A DNA stretch of 64,000 nucleotides from Candidatus Omnitrophota bacterium (GTDB lineage Bacteria > Omnitrophota > Gorgyraeia > Zapsychrales > Zapsychraceae). The notes beneath the pieces are model-generated. The model was not told where the DNA came from, did not search any database, and worked only from the letters and a program-made list of their open reading frames with translations. Each line of letters opens with the position of its first letter. Position 1 is the first letter of the stretch. Of this stretch, positions 56,820 to 64,000 are shown in pieces. Position numbers and translations under genes: made by a program. The stretch is taken from assembly GCA_050250375.1 (NCBI GenBank), contig JBFWOS010000001.1, positions 27,346-91,345 of the forward strand. Direction: 5' to 3'.

Positions 56820-57134
56820 ATGGACCCGCAAACACTCGTCTTCTTATTTTTCGTTTTTATGCTCTCGGTCTTTCTCGGCTTTGAACTGATCGCCAAGGTT
56901 CCGGCCACCCTGCACACGCCGTTGATGTCCGGGGCCAACGCCATTTCCGGGATCACGATTGTCGGTTCGATTATCGCGGCCGGCGGCGAAGGGAATAATA
57001 TCAGCTTAATCCTGGGCGCGATCTCGGTCTGCCTGGCCACCATCAACGTGGTCGGCGGGTACATTGTCACCGACCGGATGCTGGCGATGTTCAAGAAAAA
57101 AGAAACACCCAAACCGGGAGCCGCCAAATCATGA
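56820..57134 (+). CDS. NAD(P) transhydrogenase alpha subunit, part 2 (membrane)
   Basis: KVPATLHTPLMSGANAISG; NVVGGYIVTDRML.MF. Confidence 0.95.
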   Translation: MDPQTLVFLFFVFMLSVFLGFELIAKVPATLHTPLMSGANAISGITIVGSIIAAGGEGNNISLILGAISVCLATINVVGGYIVTDRMLAMFKKKETPKPGAAKS

Positions 57135-58501
57135 GTAATTTCGCCATCAATTTAGCGTACATTGTCTCCGCGGTCCTTTTTATTTTCGGTTTAAAGATGT
57201 TGGGTTCTCCAGCCACTGCCCGTAAAGGGAACATGGTATCGGGAGTCGGTATGCTGCTTGCGGTGATTGCTGTCATGCTCACCAACGGTTTGTCATTCAC
57301 CAGCATCATCATCGCGATGCTGATCGGTACGGCCATCGGCGCGGTTGCGGCGAAAGTCGTGGCGATGACGGCGATGCCGGAAATGGTCGCCCTTTTTAAC
57401 GGCTCAGGCGGCGCGGCCAGTCTCCTCTTGGGATGGGCGGCGTATCATTACAACGGGCACATGGATATGTTTACAACCGTGACGACGATCCTTTCCGTTC
57501 TGATCGGCGGTATCACGTTAACCGGAAGTGTGGTGGCCTGGGGCAAGCTCAGCGAAAAGATCACCAGCAAACCGGTCCTTTATAAAGGCCAGCAGGTGGT
57601 CAATTCCCTAATCCTGGTGGGTGTCATCATCGGTTCAATCGTTTTCTGCCTGAACCCGTCTGAAAATTACCCGATCTTCCTTTTAATCGTCCTGGTTTCT
57701 TTTGTGCTGGGTGTGCTGGTTGTCATCCCCATCGGCGGGGCGGATATGCCGGTGGTCATTTCCCTCTTAAACAGTTATTCCGGTCTCGCGGCCTGCGCGG
57801 CCGGGTTTGTCATTCAAAATACAATCCTGATTGTGGCCGGGGCCTTGGTCGGCGCGAGCGGGATTATCCTGACGAATATTATGTGCAAGGCCATGAACCG
57901 TCCGTTGTCGAATGTGCTGTTCAGCGGGTTCGGGGCGGTGACCGAATCAGGCGCGGGCGCGGGTGTTAAAGGCGAGGCCAAACCGATTTCCGCCAAAGAC
58001 GCTTATTATGTGTTGGAAGCGGCCGGTTCCGTCGTGTTTGTCCCGGGTTACGGGATGGCGGTGGCGCAGGCCCAGCACGTGGTGCGCGAACTCGGGCAGC
58101 TGCTTGAGGCCAACGGTTCGGAAGTCAGTTACGCGATCCATCCGGTGGCGGGACGTATGCCCGGCCACATGAATGTCCTTCTGGCCGAGGCGAACGTGCC
58201 TTACGACCAGCTGGTGGAAATGGACGCGATCAATCCCACCATTGAAAATATCGACGTCGCCATTGTCATCGGCGCCAACGACGTGGTCAACCCCGCGGCG
58301 CGCCACGACAAGACCTCCCCCATTTACGGCATGCCGATCATCAACGTGGACAAGGCCAAGACGGTGTTTGTCCTGAAACGTTCGATGAACACCGGTTTCG
58401 CCGGCGTACAAAACGAACTCTTCTTTTACGACAACACCCGCATGCTCTTCGGTGACGCCAAAGAATCCATCGCGACCCTGGTTGCGGAATTCAAAAAATA
58501 A
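57131..58501 (+). CDS. pntB: NAD(P) transhydrogenase beta subunit
   Basis: IGGADMPVVISLLNSYSG, HPVAGRMPGHMNVLLAEA, GANDVVNP. Confidence 0.96.
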   Translation: MSNFAINLAYIVSAVLFIFGLKMLGSPATARKGNMVSGVGMLLAVIAVMLTNGLSFTSIIIAMLIGTAIGAVAAKVVAMTAMPEMVALFNGSGGAASLLLGWAAYHYNGHMDMFTTVTTILSVLIGGITLTGSVVAWGKLSEKITSKPVLYKGQQVVNSLILVGVIIGSIVFCLNPSENYPIFLLIVLVSFVLGVLVVIPIGGADMPVVISLLNSYSGLAACAAGFVIQNTILIVAGALVGASGIILTNIMCKAMNRPLSNVLFSGFGAVTESGAGAGVKGEAKPISAKDAYYVLEAAGSVVFVPGYGMAVAQAQHVVRELGQLLEANGSEVSYAIHPVAGRMPGHMNVLLAEANVPYDQLVEMDAINPTIENIDVAIVIGANDVVNPAARHDKTSPIYGMPIINVDKAKTVFVLKRSMNTGFAGVQNELFFYDNTRMLFGDAKESIATLVAEFKK

Positions 58502-58551
58502 CCGGATCCCCTTCTCTTATAATTAATAACGACAGGCTGGTTAAAACTGTT

Positions 58552-58959
58552 TTAGATGATCCGCTTGGCGGATTTTCGTTTGGTCGTGGTTTTGACAGCG
58601 GCCGCGCCGGAGGAAAAAGTCTTGGCGCTGCGCTTTTTGGTGGCGGTCTTGAGGAATTTGACGGCGATCAGGAACAATGTCCCTGATTTTTTTTCGGTTG
58701 AACGGATCACCTTGGCCGGACCCTGAAAAATATCCAGGACCCCGGACATGACCACCCGGATATCCAGGATATCGCCCTGGTCGTATTTGACCTCGCTGTA
58801 AAACGAAATCCCGCCCAGGCTCATGTCTTCGGTGGTGGAAAGATGTATGGATGTGTCGGTATTCTTGCGTGACGATTTGGCCAGTTTGAATTCAACACTC
58901 AGGACCCGTTTGGCGCGGATGTATTGCCTGCGTTCAATGCCTGTTTTCTGTTTGACCAT
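58552..58959 (-). CDS. PilZ-domain protein
   Basis: ERRQYIR (RxxxR) and DMSLGG (D/NxSxxG) motifs. Confidence 0.88.
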   Translation of the reverse strand: MVKQKTGIERRQYIRAKRVLSVEFKLAKSSRKNTDTSIHLSTTEDMSLGGISFYSEVKYDQGDILDIRVVMSGVLDIFQGPAKVIRSTEKKSGTLFLIAVKFLKTATKKRSAKTFSSGAAAVKTTTKRKSAKRII

Positions 58960-59036
58960 GACCTGCTTCCTTTTTCCCGATTTGGTTTTTCTTAGAATAA
59001 ATCCAACTCAATGCTTCGTCAAGCGATAACTTCCAT

Positions 59037-59522
59037 TTAATCTTTTGTCCCCGGGACATTGTATTCGAGTTTTAACGGGCCGGCCGGAAGATCAACGGAG
59101 GTTTGAACCTCGTACAGGACGTTCTGCATCAGGCACAGCCCCTGGTCGCCGGTCTTGCAATAATAAATCCCCAGCTTGATGTAATAGACCGGATCATCAA
59201 TCCGGCGGCCGATCACGTAATGGCGCGTGTCGACGAAGATCTCCCGTTTCAGGATCAATTCGCCTTCGCCGGAAAAAAATTCTATCTTTGGATTCGCCTC
59301 CACCAGCAATTCATGCCCCTGCGGAAATTTCAGATCCAGGCTCAAAAGGGTGATCTGGGCCGGATAGGTTCCGGGCAGCGTGATCCGTTCGCCTAAAAAA
59401 TTTTTCATGTCCAGCCGATCAATCTGCTGACCGGGAACCTCCAGGACTTCGGTCACGGTGTGACTGCAGGCCGTGTTAAAAACTAAAACCCCGAGCCATA
59501 AAATAAGTGTTGTCTTTTTCAT
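59037..59522 (-). CDS. Hypothetical lipoprotein
   Basis: MKKTTLILW...NTAC lipobox-like; YYC.....GLC motif; GGAG RBS. Confidence 0.75.
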   Translation of the reverse strand: MKKTTLILWLGVLVFNTACSHTVTEVLEVPGQQIDRLDMKNFLGERITLPGTYPAQITLLSLDLKFPQGHELLVEANPKIEFFSGEGELILKREIFVDTRHYVIGRRIDDPVYYIKLGIYYCKTGDQGLCLMQNVLYEVQTSVDLPAGPLKLEYNVPGTKD

Positions 59523-59532
59523 CACCCGTCTC

Positions 59533-60924
59533 CTATTCCTTCGGCCCCAGCATCTTTTCGGGGCGGACAATTTCGTCAAATTTTTCCGGTGTAAGCAGGT
59601 CGAGCGCGACCGCGGCCTCTTTAAGGGTGGTGTTTTCCTGATGGGCCTTTTTGGCGACCTTGGCCGCGTTATCGTAACCGATGTGGGGGTTCAAGGCCGT
59701 CACCAACATCAGGGAATGCTCGAGATGTTTTTTCACGTTTTCTTTATTCGGGACAATCCCGACGGCGCAATGGTCTTTAAACGCGGCGCAGGCGTCCCCT
59801 AACAACCGGATCGACTGCAGGAGATTAAAGATCATCACCGGTTTGTAGACATTCAGTTCAAAATTTCCGCTCGCGCCGGCCATATTGATCGCGACGTCAT
59901 TGCCCATTACCTGCACGCAGACCATGGTCATGGCCTCGCACTGGGTGGGGTTGACTTTTCCCGGCATGATGGAACTGCCCGGTTCATTTTCCGGCAGGCT
60001 GATCTCACCAATACCGCAACGCGGGCCGGACCCGAGCCAACGGATGTCATTGGCGATCTTATTTAGAGAAGCCGCCAGGGTTTTCAGGACTCCGCTGAAT
60101 TCAACCACCGCGTCATGCGCGGCCAGGGCCTCGAATTTATTTTCAGCCGTGATAAACGGCAGGCCGGACAGTTCAGCAATTTTCTTGGCCGCGGCAACGG
60201 CAAATTTAGGATGGGTGTTTAATCCCGTGCCGACCGCGGTCCCGCCCAGGGCGAGTTCGTACAAACGCGGCAGGGCGTTTTCGATCCTGATGAGTCCGTT
60301 CGTTAGTTGTTTGGCATACGCGGAAAATTCATTACCGAGGGTGACAGGCGTCGCGTCCATCAGATGAGTACGGCCGATCTTGATGATGTCTTTAAATTCT
60401 TTGGCCTTTTTATCGAGCGCGTCGCGAAGCCCAATGACCGCCGGAATAAGACACGCGTGGATCTGTTTGACCGCGGCCACGTGCATCGCCGCCGGGAATA
60501 CGTCATTCGAAGACTGCGCCTTGTTGCAGTCGTCGTTGGGGTGAATGGGTTTCTTGCTGCCCATGGTCCCGCCCGCGAGTTCAATCGCGCGGTTGGAGAT
60601 GACTTCGTTGGCGTTCATGTTGGTCTGCGTGCCGCTTCCGGTCTGCCAGACCGACAACGGAAAATGCGCGTTGAGTTTTCCTTCAATCACTTCATCGGCC
60701 GCCTGCACGATCAATTTCACTTTGCCTTGTTCGAGCAAACCCAGCTCCCCGTTGACCAGGGCCGCGGACTTTTTGATGATCCCCAGCGCCCAGATGATCT
60801 CTTCGGGAAAGGTCTCCACCCCGATCGGGAAATGGATCAGGGAACGCGCGGTCTGCGCCCCGTAATATTTATCAGCCGGGACCTTGATCTCGCCCATGCT
60901 GTCGGATTCGGTTCGGTAATTCAT
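59533..60924 (-). CDS. fumC: Class II fumarate hydratase
   Basis: [35 protein letters not shown]. Confidence 0.97.
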   Translation of the reverse strand: MNYRTESDSMGEIKVPADKYYGAQTARSLIHFPIGVETFPEEIIWALGIIKKSAALVNGELGLLEQGKVKLIVQAADEVIEGKLNAHFPLSVWQTGSGTQTNMNANEVISNRAIELAGGTMGSKKPIHPNDDCNKAQSSNDVFPAAMHVAAVKQIHACLIPAVIGLRDALDKKAKEFKDIIKIGRTHLMDATPVTLGNEFSAYAKQLTNGLIRIENALPRLYELALGGTAVGTGLNTHPKFAVAAAKKIAELSGLPFITAENKFEALAAHDAVVEFSGVLKTLAASLNKIANDIRWLGSGPRCGIGEISLPENEPGSSIMPGKVNPTQCEAMTMVCVQVMGNDVAINMAGASGNFELNVYKPVMIFNLLQSIRLLGDACAAFKDHCAVGIVPNKENVKKHLEHSLMLVTALNPHIGYDNAAKVAKKAHQENTTLKEAAVALDLLTPEKFDEIVRPEKMLGPKE

Positions 60925-60944
60925 GGTTGTCTGGCTCCTTACGC

Positions 60945-61694
60945 CTATTTAGAAGTTGCTTTGTCGGTGAATACTTTCATCAAATCGATCGGGATCGGGA
61001 ACAGGGTGGTCGTGTTGTTTTCCCCGCCGATCTCAACCAGGGTCTGCAGATAACGCAATTGAAGCGCCATCGGATATTCCTGCATCAGTTTCGCGGCCTC
61101 ACACACCTTGGCGGCGGCTTCGAATTCCCCTTCCGCGGCAATGACCTTGGCCCGGCGTTCGCGTTCGGCCTCGGCCTGACGCGCCATGGCCTTCCTTAAA
61201 TCTTCCGAGATGTCCACGTGTTTGACTTCCACGTCGGTGACCTTGATGCCCCACGGGTCCGTGCTTTTATCGAGGATGGTCTGCAGTTTTTCATTGATCT
61301 TTTCACGGTTGGCCAAAAGGTCGTCAAAATCCATTTCCCCCAGGACACTTCTTAATGTGGTCTGCGCTTTTTGAGATGTGGCATACTGGTAATTCTGGAT
61401 CTCAACGTCCGCCTTGATCGGGTCAATCACCCGGAAATAACACACGGCGTTGACCTTGGCCGAGACGTTGTCTTTGGTGATAATATCCTGCGGAGGAACA
61501 TCAAGGGTGATAATTCTTGAGCTGATAATAACAGCGCGTTCAAACGGCCACATCACAAAAACAACTCCCGGACCGCGCGGCTTTTCAACAACCCGGCCGA
61601 GCTGGTAAATGACGGCCCGTTCATATTCATTGAGGATCTTGACCCAGTTCCACAATAAAAATAAAATGACTCCGATAAAGACGATAAATCCCAT
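60945..61694 (-). CDS. SPFH/stomatin-like (slipin) protein
   Basis: [42 protein letters not shown]. Confidence 0.94.
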   Translation of the reverse strand: MGFIVFIGVILFLLWNWVKILNEYERAVIYQLGRVVEKPRGPGVVFVMWPFERAVIISSRIITLDVPPQDIITKDNVSAKVNAVCYFRVIDPIKADVEIQNYQYATSQKAQTTLRSVLGEMDFDDLLANREKINEKLQTILDKSTDPWGIKVTDVEVKHVDISEDLRKAMARQAEAERERRAKVIAAEGEFEAAAKVCEAAKLMQEYPMALQLRYLQTLVEIGGENNTTTLFPIPIDLMKVFTDKATSK

Positions 61695-61755
61695 AATGTA
61701 CTCCCGTTTATTTTTTTCTCAATCCCGTTCAGGACAGGATTGACGCGGTCTTCGT

Positions 61756-63333
61756 TTAAGAGGACCGTTCTGTTGATTTTTTCCGTACGGTCAAAAGCAT
61801 TCCCTTGGACGATTCAACGATCACTTTTTCACCCGTCTCAATGTCCTGCGCGGCGGTCGCGTTCCATAATTCGCCGGACACAAAAATCTTTCCCTCCGCT
61901 CCCTTTAAAATCGCGCGTTTGACCTCGCCCTCTTCCCCGATCAGCCGGTCAAAACCGACTTTGGATTTTTTGTGCTGGTTCTTGAGGAGATACGTGATGA
62001 CAAATAACGAGATCACGGTGGTCGACAGCGCGAAGCCGCCGATGATCACCTTGGAAACACGCATGACCGGGTCGGCCGAATCAAACAGCAGCATTGAACC
62101 CAGCACCATACAAATTATCCCGCCCAAGGTCAGCATCCCGAAAGCCGGCGTGTACGCCTCGGCAATCAAAAGGACCAGCCCCAGGATGGTCAGCGCCAGG
62201 CCCGCGTAATTCGTCGGTAAAGTCTGCATACTGTAAAACGCGAGGATCAGAAAAATAGCTCCGATGATCCCGGGCGCGCCGAATCCCGGATGGGTGACTT
62301 CAAATAATAAACCGTAAAACCCGAGGATCATCAGAAGATACGCGATGTTCGGGTTGGCCAGGATGTTAAAAAATTTCTGGCGGAAATCCATCGGGATGGT
62401 TTCGATGTGCGCGTGTCTGGTGTCCAGGACAACCTCATGCCCGTTGACATTCACCTTGTATCCGTCGAGTTTCACCATCAGTTCGCTTAGGTCGGTTGCG
62501 ACAAATTCAACCACTTTCTTTTCCAGGGCCTCGTCACTGGTGATCGAGTCGCTGTGCGCGACACTCTGCACCGCCCATTCCACGTTGCGGTTGCGTTCGA
62601 TCGCGATCGATTTGATAAACGCGACCGTATCGTTTAAAATCTTGCTGCTCATCGGGTCGTCATCCGGCTCAATCGGTTTTTCTTTTTTGGCTTCAACCGG
62701 CTGTTCTTTGGTCTCTTCGGCCGGGACAGACTGTTCCCCGGACGCGGTTTCGCCGGCCTTATCTGAATCCGATTTCTCCTGGGTCTCTGCCGGTTCTTCG
62801 CTTGAGTCCTGCGATTTCTTCTGTTCGATTTGTTTGGCCCGGATCTCTTCGAGCAAATCTTTCAATTCCCGCCAGTCGGATTTTTCTTTGGGGGCGGAAC
62901 CGCCGCCGAAATCCACCGGATGGGCCGCGCCGATATTGGTCGAAGGCGCCATCGCCGCGACGTGACTGGCGTAGGTGATAAAGACACCGGCTGATCCGGC
63001 GCGTGAACCGCTCGGTGACACGTAAACCACGATCGGCACCGGAGAGGTCAGCATCTTTTTGACAATGGTCCGGGTGGATGATAATAAACCGCCGGGGGTA
63101 TCCAGCTCAATGACCAGCATGCGCGCCCGGTCCCGTTCGGCGCGGTCAATGGCCTTGGAGATGTATTCGGCCGTGACCGGATTGACGGTGTCATCCTCGA
63201 GGCTGATCACATACACTTTATTGGACGGGTTCGAGCCGGCCGTTGAAAAATTCAGCAGGCCGAACGACACGGTGCATATTAAGGTATACAGAAATATTCG
63301 CCACTTTTTCTTAAACGGCATCTTTGCCCCCAT
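61756..63333 (-). CDS. nfeD: Long-form NfeD membrane-bound serine protease
   Basis: LDTPGGL, AGSAG, MAPSTNIGAAHPV, TM bundle and C-terminal OB fold (GELWNA). Confidence 0.92.
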   Translation of the reverse strand: MGAKMPFKKKWRIFLYTLICTVSFGLLNFSTAGSNPSNKVYVISLEDDTVNPVTAEYISKAIDRAERDRARMLVIELDTPGGLLSSTRTIVKKMLTSPVPIVVYVSPSGSRAGSAGVFITYASHVAAMAPSTNIGAAHPVDFGGGSAPKEKSDWRELKDLLEEIRAKQIEQKKSQDSSEEPAETQEKSDSDKAGETASGEQSVPAEETKEQPVEAKKEKPIEPDDDPMSSKILNDTVAFIKSIAIERNRNVEWAVQSVAHSDSITSDEALEKKVVEFVATDLSELMVKLDGYKVNVNGHEVVLDTRHAHIETIPMDFRQKFFNILANPNIAYLLMILGFYGLLFEVTHPGFGAPGIIGAIFLILAFYSMQTLPTNYAGLALTILGLVLLIAEAYTPAFGMLTLGGIICMVLGSMLLFDSADPVMRVSKVIIGGFALSTTVISLFVITYLLKNQHKKSKVGFDRLIGEEGEVKRAILKGAEGKIFVSGELWNATAAQDIETGEKVIVESSKGMLLTVRKKSTERSS

Positions 63334-63335
63334 GA

Positions 63336-64000
63336 TTAATTATTCTGAAGATAATGCGTCAATAACCTCACCCCGGCGCCGGTTGCCCCGTGGCCGAAAT
63401 AAAGCCGTTTGGCATTTTCCACAAACGCGGTCCCGGCGATATCCAGATGGGCCCATTTGGTTTCTTCGGTAAACTGGCGTAAAAATTCGGCGGCGGTAAT
63501 GGTGCCTCCCGCTCCTTTGGGATACCCGAGGTTGCGGATATCGGCGATCTGCGATTTGACGGATTCCGCCAATTCCGGATAAATCGGCAGCCGCCAGAGT
63601 CGGTCGTCGGTTTCTTTGGCGGACCGGGTCAGGTGCTGGGCGAAGGACTCATCGGTCGTCACCAGCGCGGTATGGTTGTGCCCCAGCGCGACAATACAGG
63701 CGCCGGTCAGGGTGGCAATGTCAATCAGCCGTTCCGGTTTATAATTGCGGATGACGTAAGAAATCGCGTCAGCCAGAACCAGCCGTCCTTCCGCGTCGGT
63801 ATTGGCGACCTCCACGGTCTTCCCTGAATAACTGGTCAGGACCTCGCCGGGTTTGTACGCTGTTGAACCGGTAACGTTCTCGGCAATGCCGCAGACAAAC
63901 AGGATATTTTTTTTCAGGTTCAGCGCGATGGCGTTTTTCAGCGTTCCGATCACCGCCGCGGCCCCGCTCATGTCGAGCCGCATCGCCTCGATGTTTCCGG
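63336..64000 (-). CDS. pepA: Leucyl aminopeptidase (M17); 5' part lies outside the window
   Basis: DMSGAA, NTDAEGRLVLAD, ATLTGA, WAHLDIAG. Confidence 0.94.
   Translation of the reverse strand, partial: GNIEAMRLDMSGAAAVIGTLKNAIALNLKKNILFVCGIAENVTGSTAYKPGEVLTSYSGKTVEVANTDAEGRLVLADAISYVIRNYKPERLIDIATLTGACIVALGHNHTALVTTDESFAQHLTRSAKETDDRLWRLPIYPELAESVKSQIADIRNLGYPKGAGGTITAAEFLRQFTEETKWAHLDIAGTAFVENAKRLYFGHGATGAGVRLLTHYLQNN

Noticed and set aside
1-64000. CRISPR array or cas genes
   Set aside because: No regularly spaced identical 23-47 bp repeats with unique spacers and no cas motifs. R1-R3 and the heptamer tracts do not have repeat-spacer periodicity.
1-64000. DGR, retron or DRT explaining the variable palindromes or the tRNA-like unit
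   Set aside because: No reverse transcriptase ORF is visible and no TR/VR pair with adenine-specific differences was seen. An enzyme acting in trans cannot be excluded.

Overview
Bacterial chromosomal window. The gene content (PEP-CTERM proteins, PilZ, CxxC-x17-CxxC protein, CheX-like protein) suggests a PVC-superphylum organism such as Ca. Omnitrophota, which is inference only. Housekeeping and metabolic genes lie at both ends: xth, amrS, a sulfite/nitrite reductase, rsmH-like, mnmD, ppnP, ferredoxin-NADP reductase, pntAA/AB/B, fumC, SPFH-NfeD and pepA. They bracket a large accessory zone (about 20-53 kb) built from repeat-bounded cassettes, toxin-antitoxin pairs, antirepressor-like DNA-binding genes and gene fragments, and a 14-kb AT-rich defence operon. 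Four signals stand out. (1) Every ORF6N, KilA-N, Bro-N, RhuM, DUF1016 and DinD-like gene or fragment carries a 22-32 bp in-frame DNA palindrome, and free-standing arrays of same-format palindromes at 3.0-4.7 kb differ in sequence while keeping symmetry. This is a candidate palindrome-based diversification or self-operator system. (2) A REP-bounded, promoter-to-terminator ncRNA unit consists of an atypical tRNA followed by two hairpins antisense to the tRNA's own 5' half. (3) A type I R-M operon is extended by six tightly coupled genes (DGQHR, HEPN-like, adenine MTase, NDT/TIR-like, kinase-ATPase, tandem CARF-like), a candidate new defence system. (4) A four-copy leader repeat, related to the start of the DUF1016 gene, carries exchangeable cargo. 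All family assignments come from motif recognition by eye, not from database searches.
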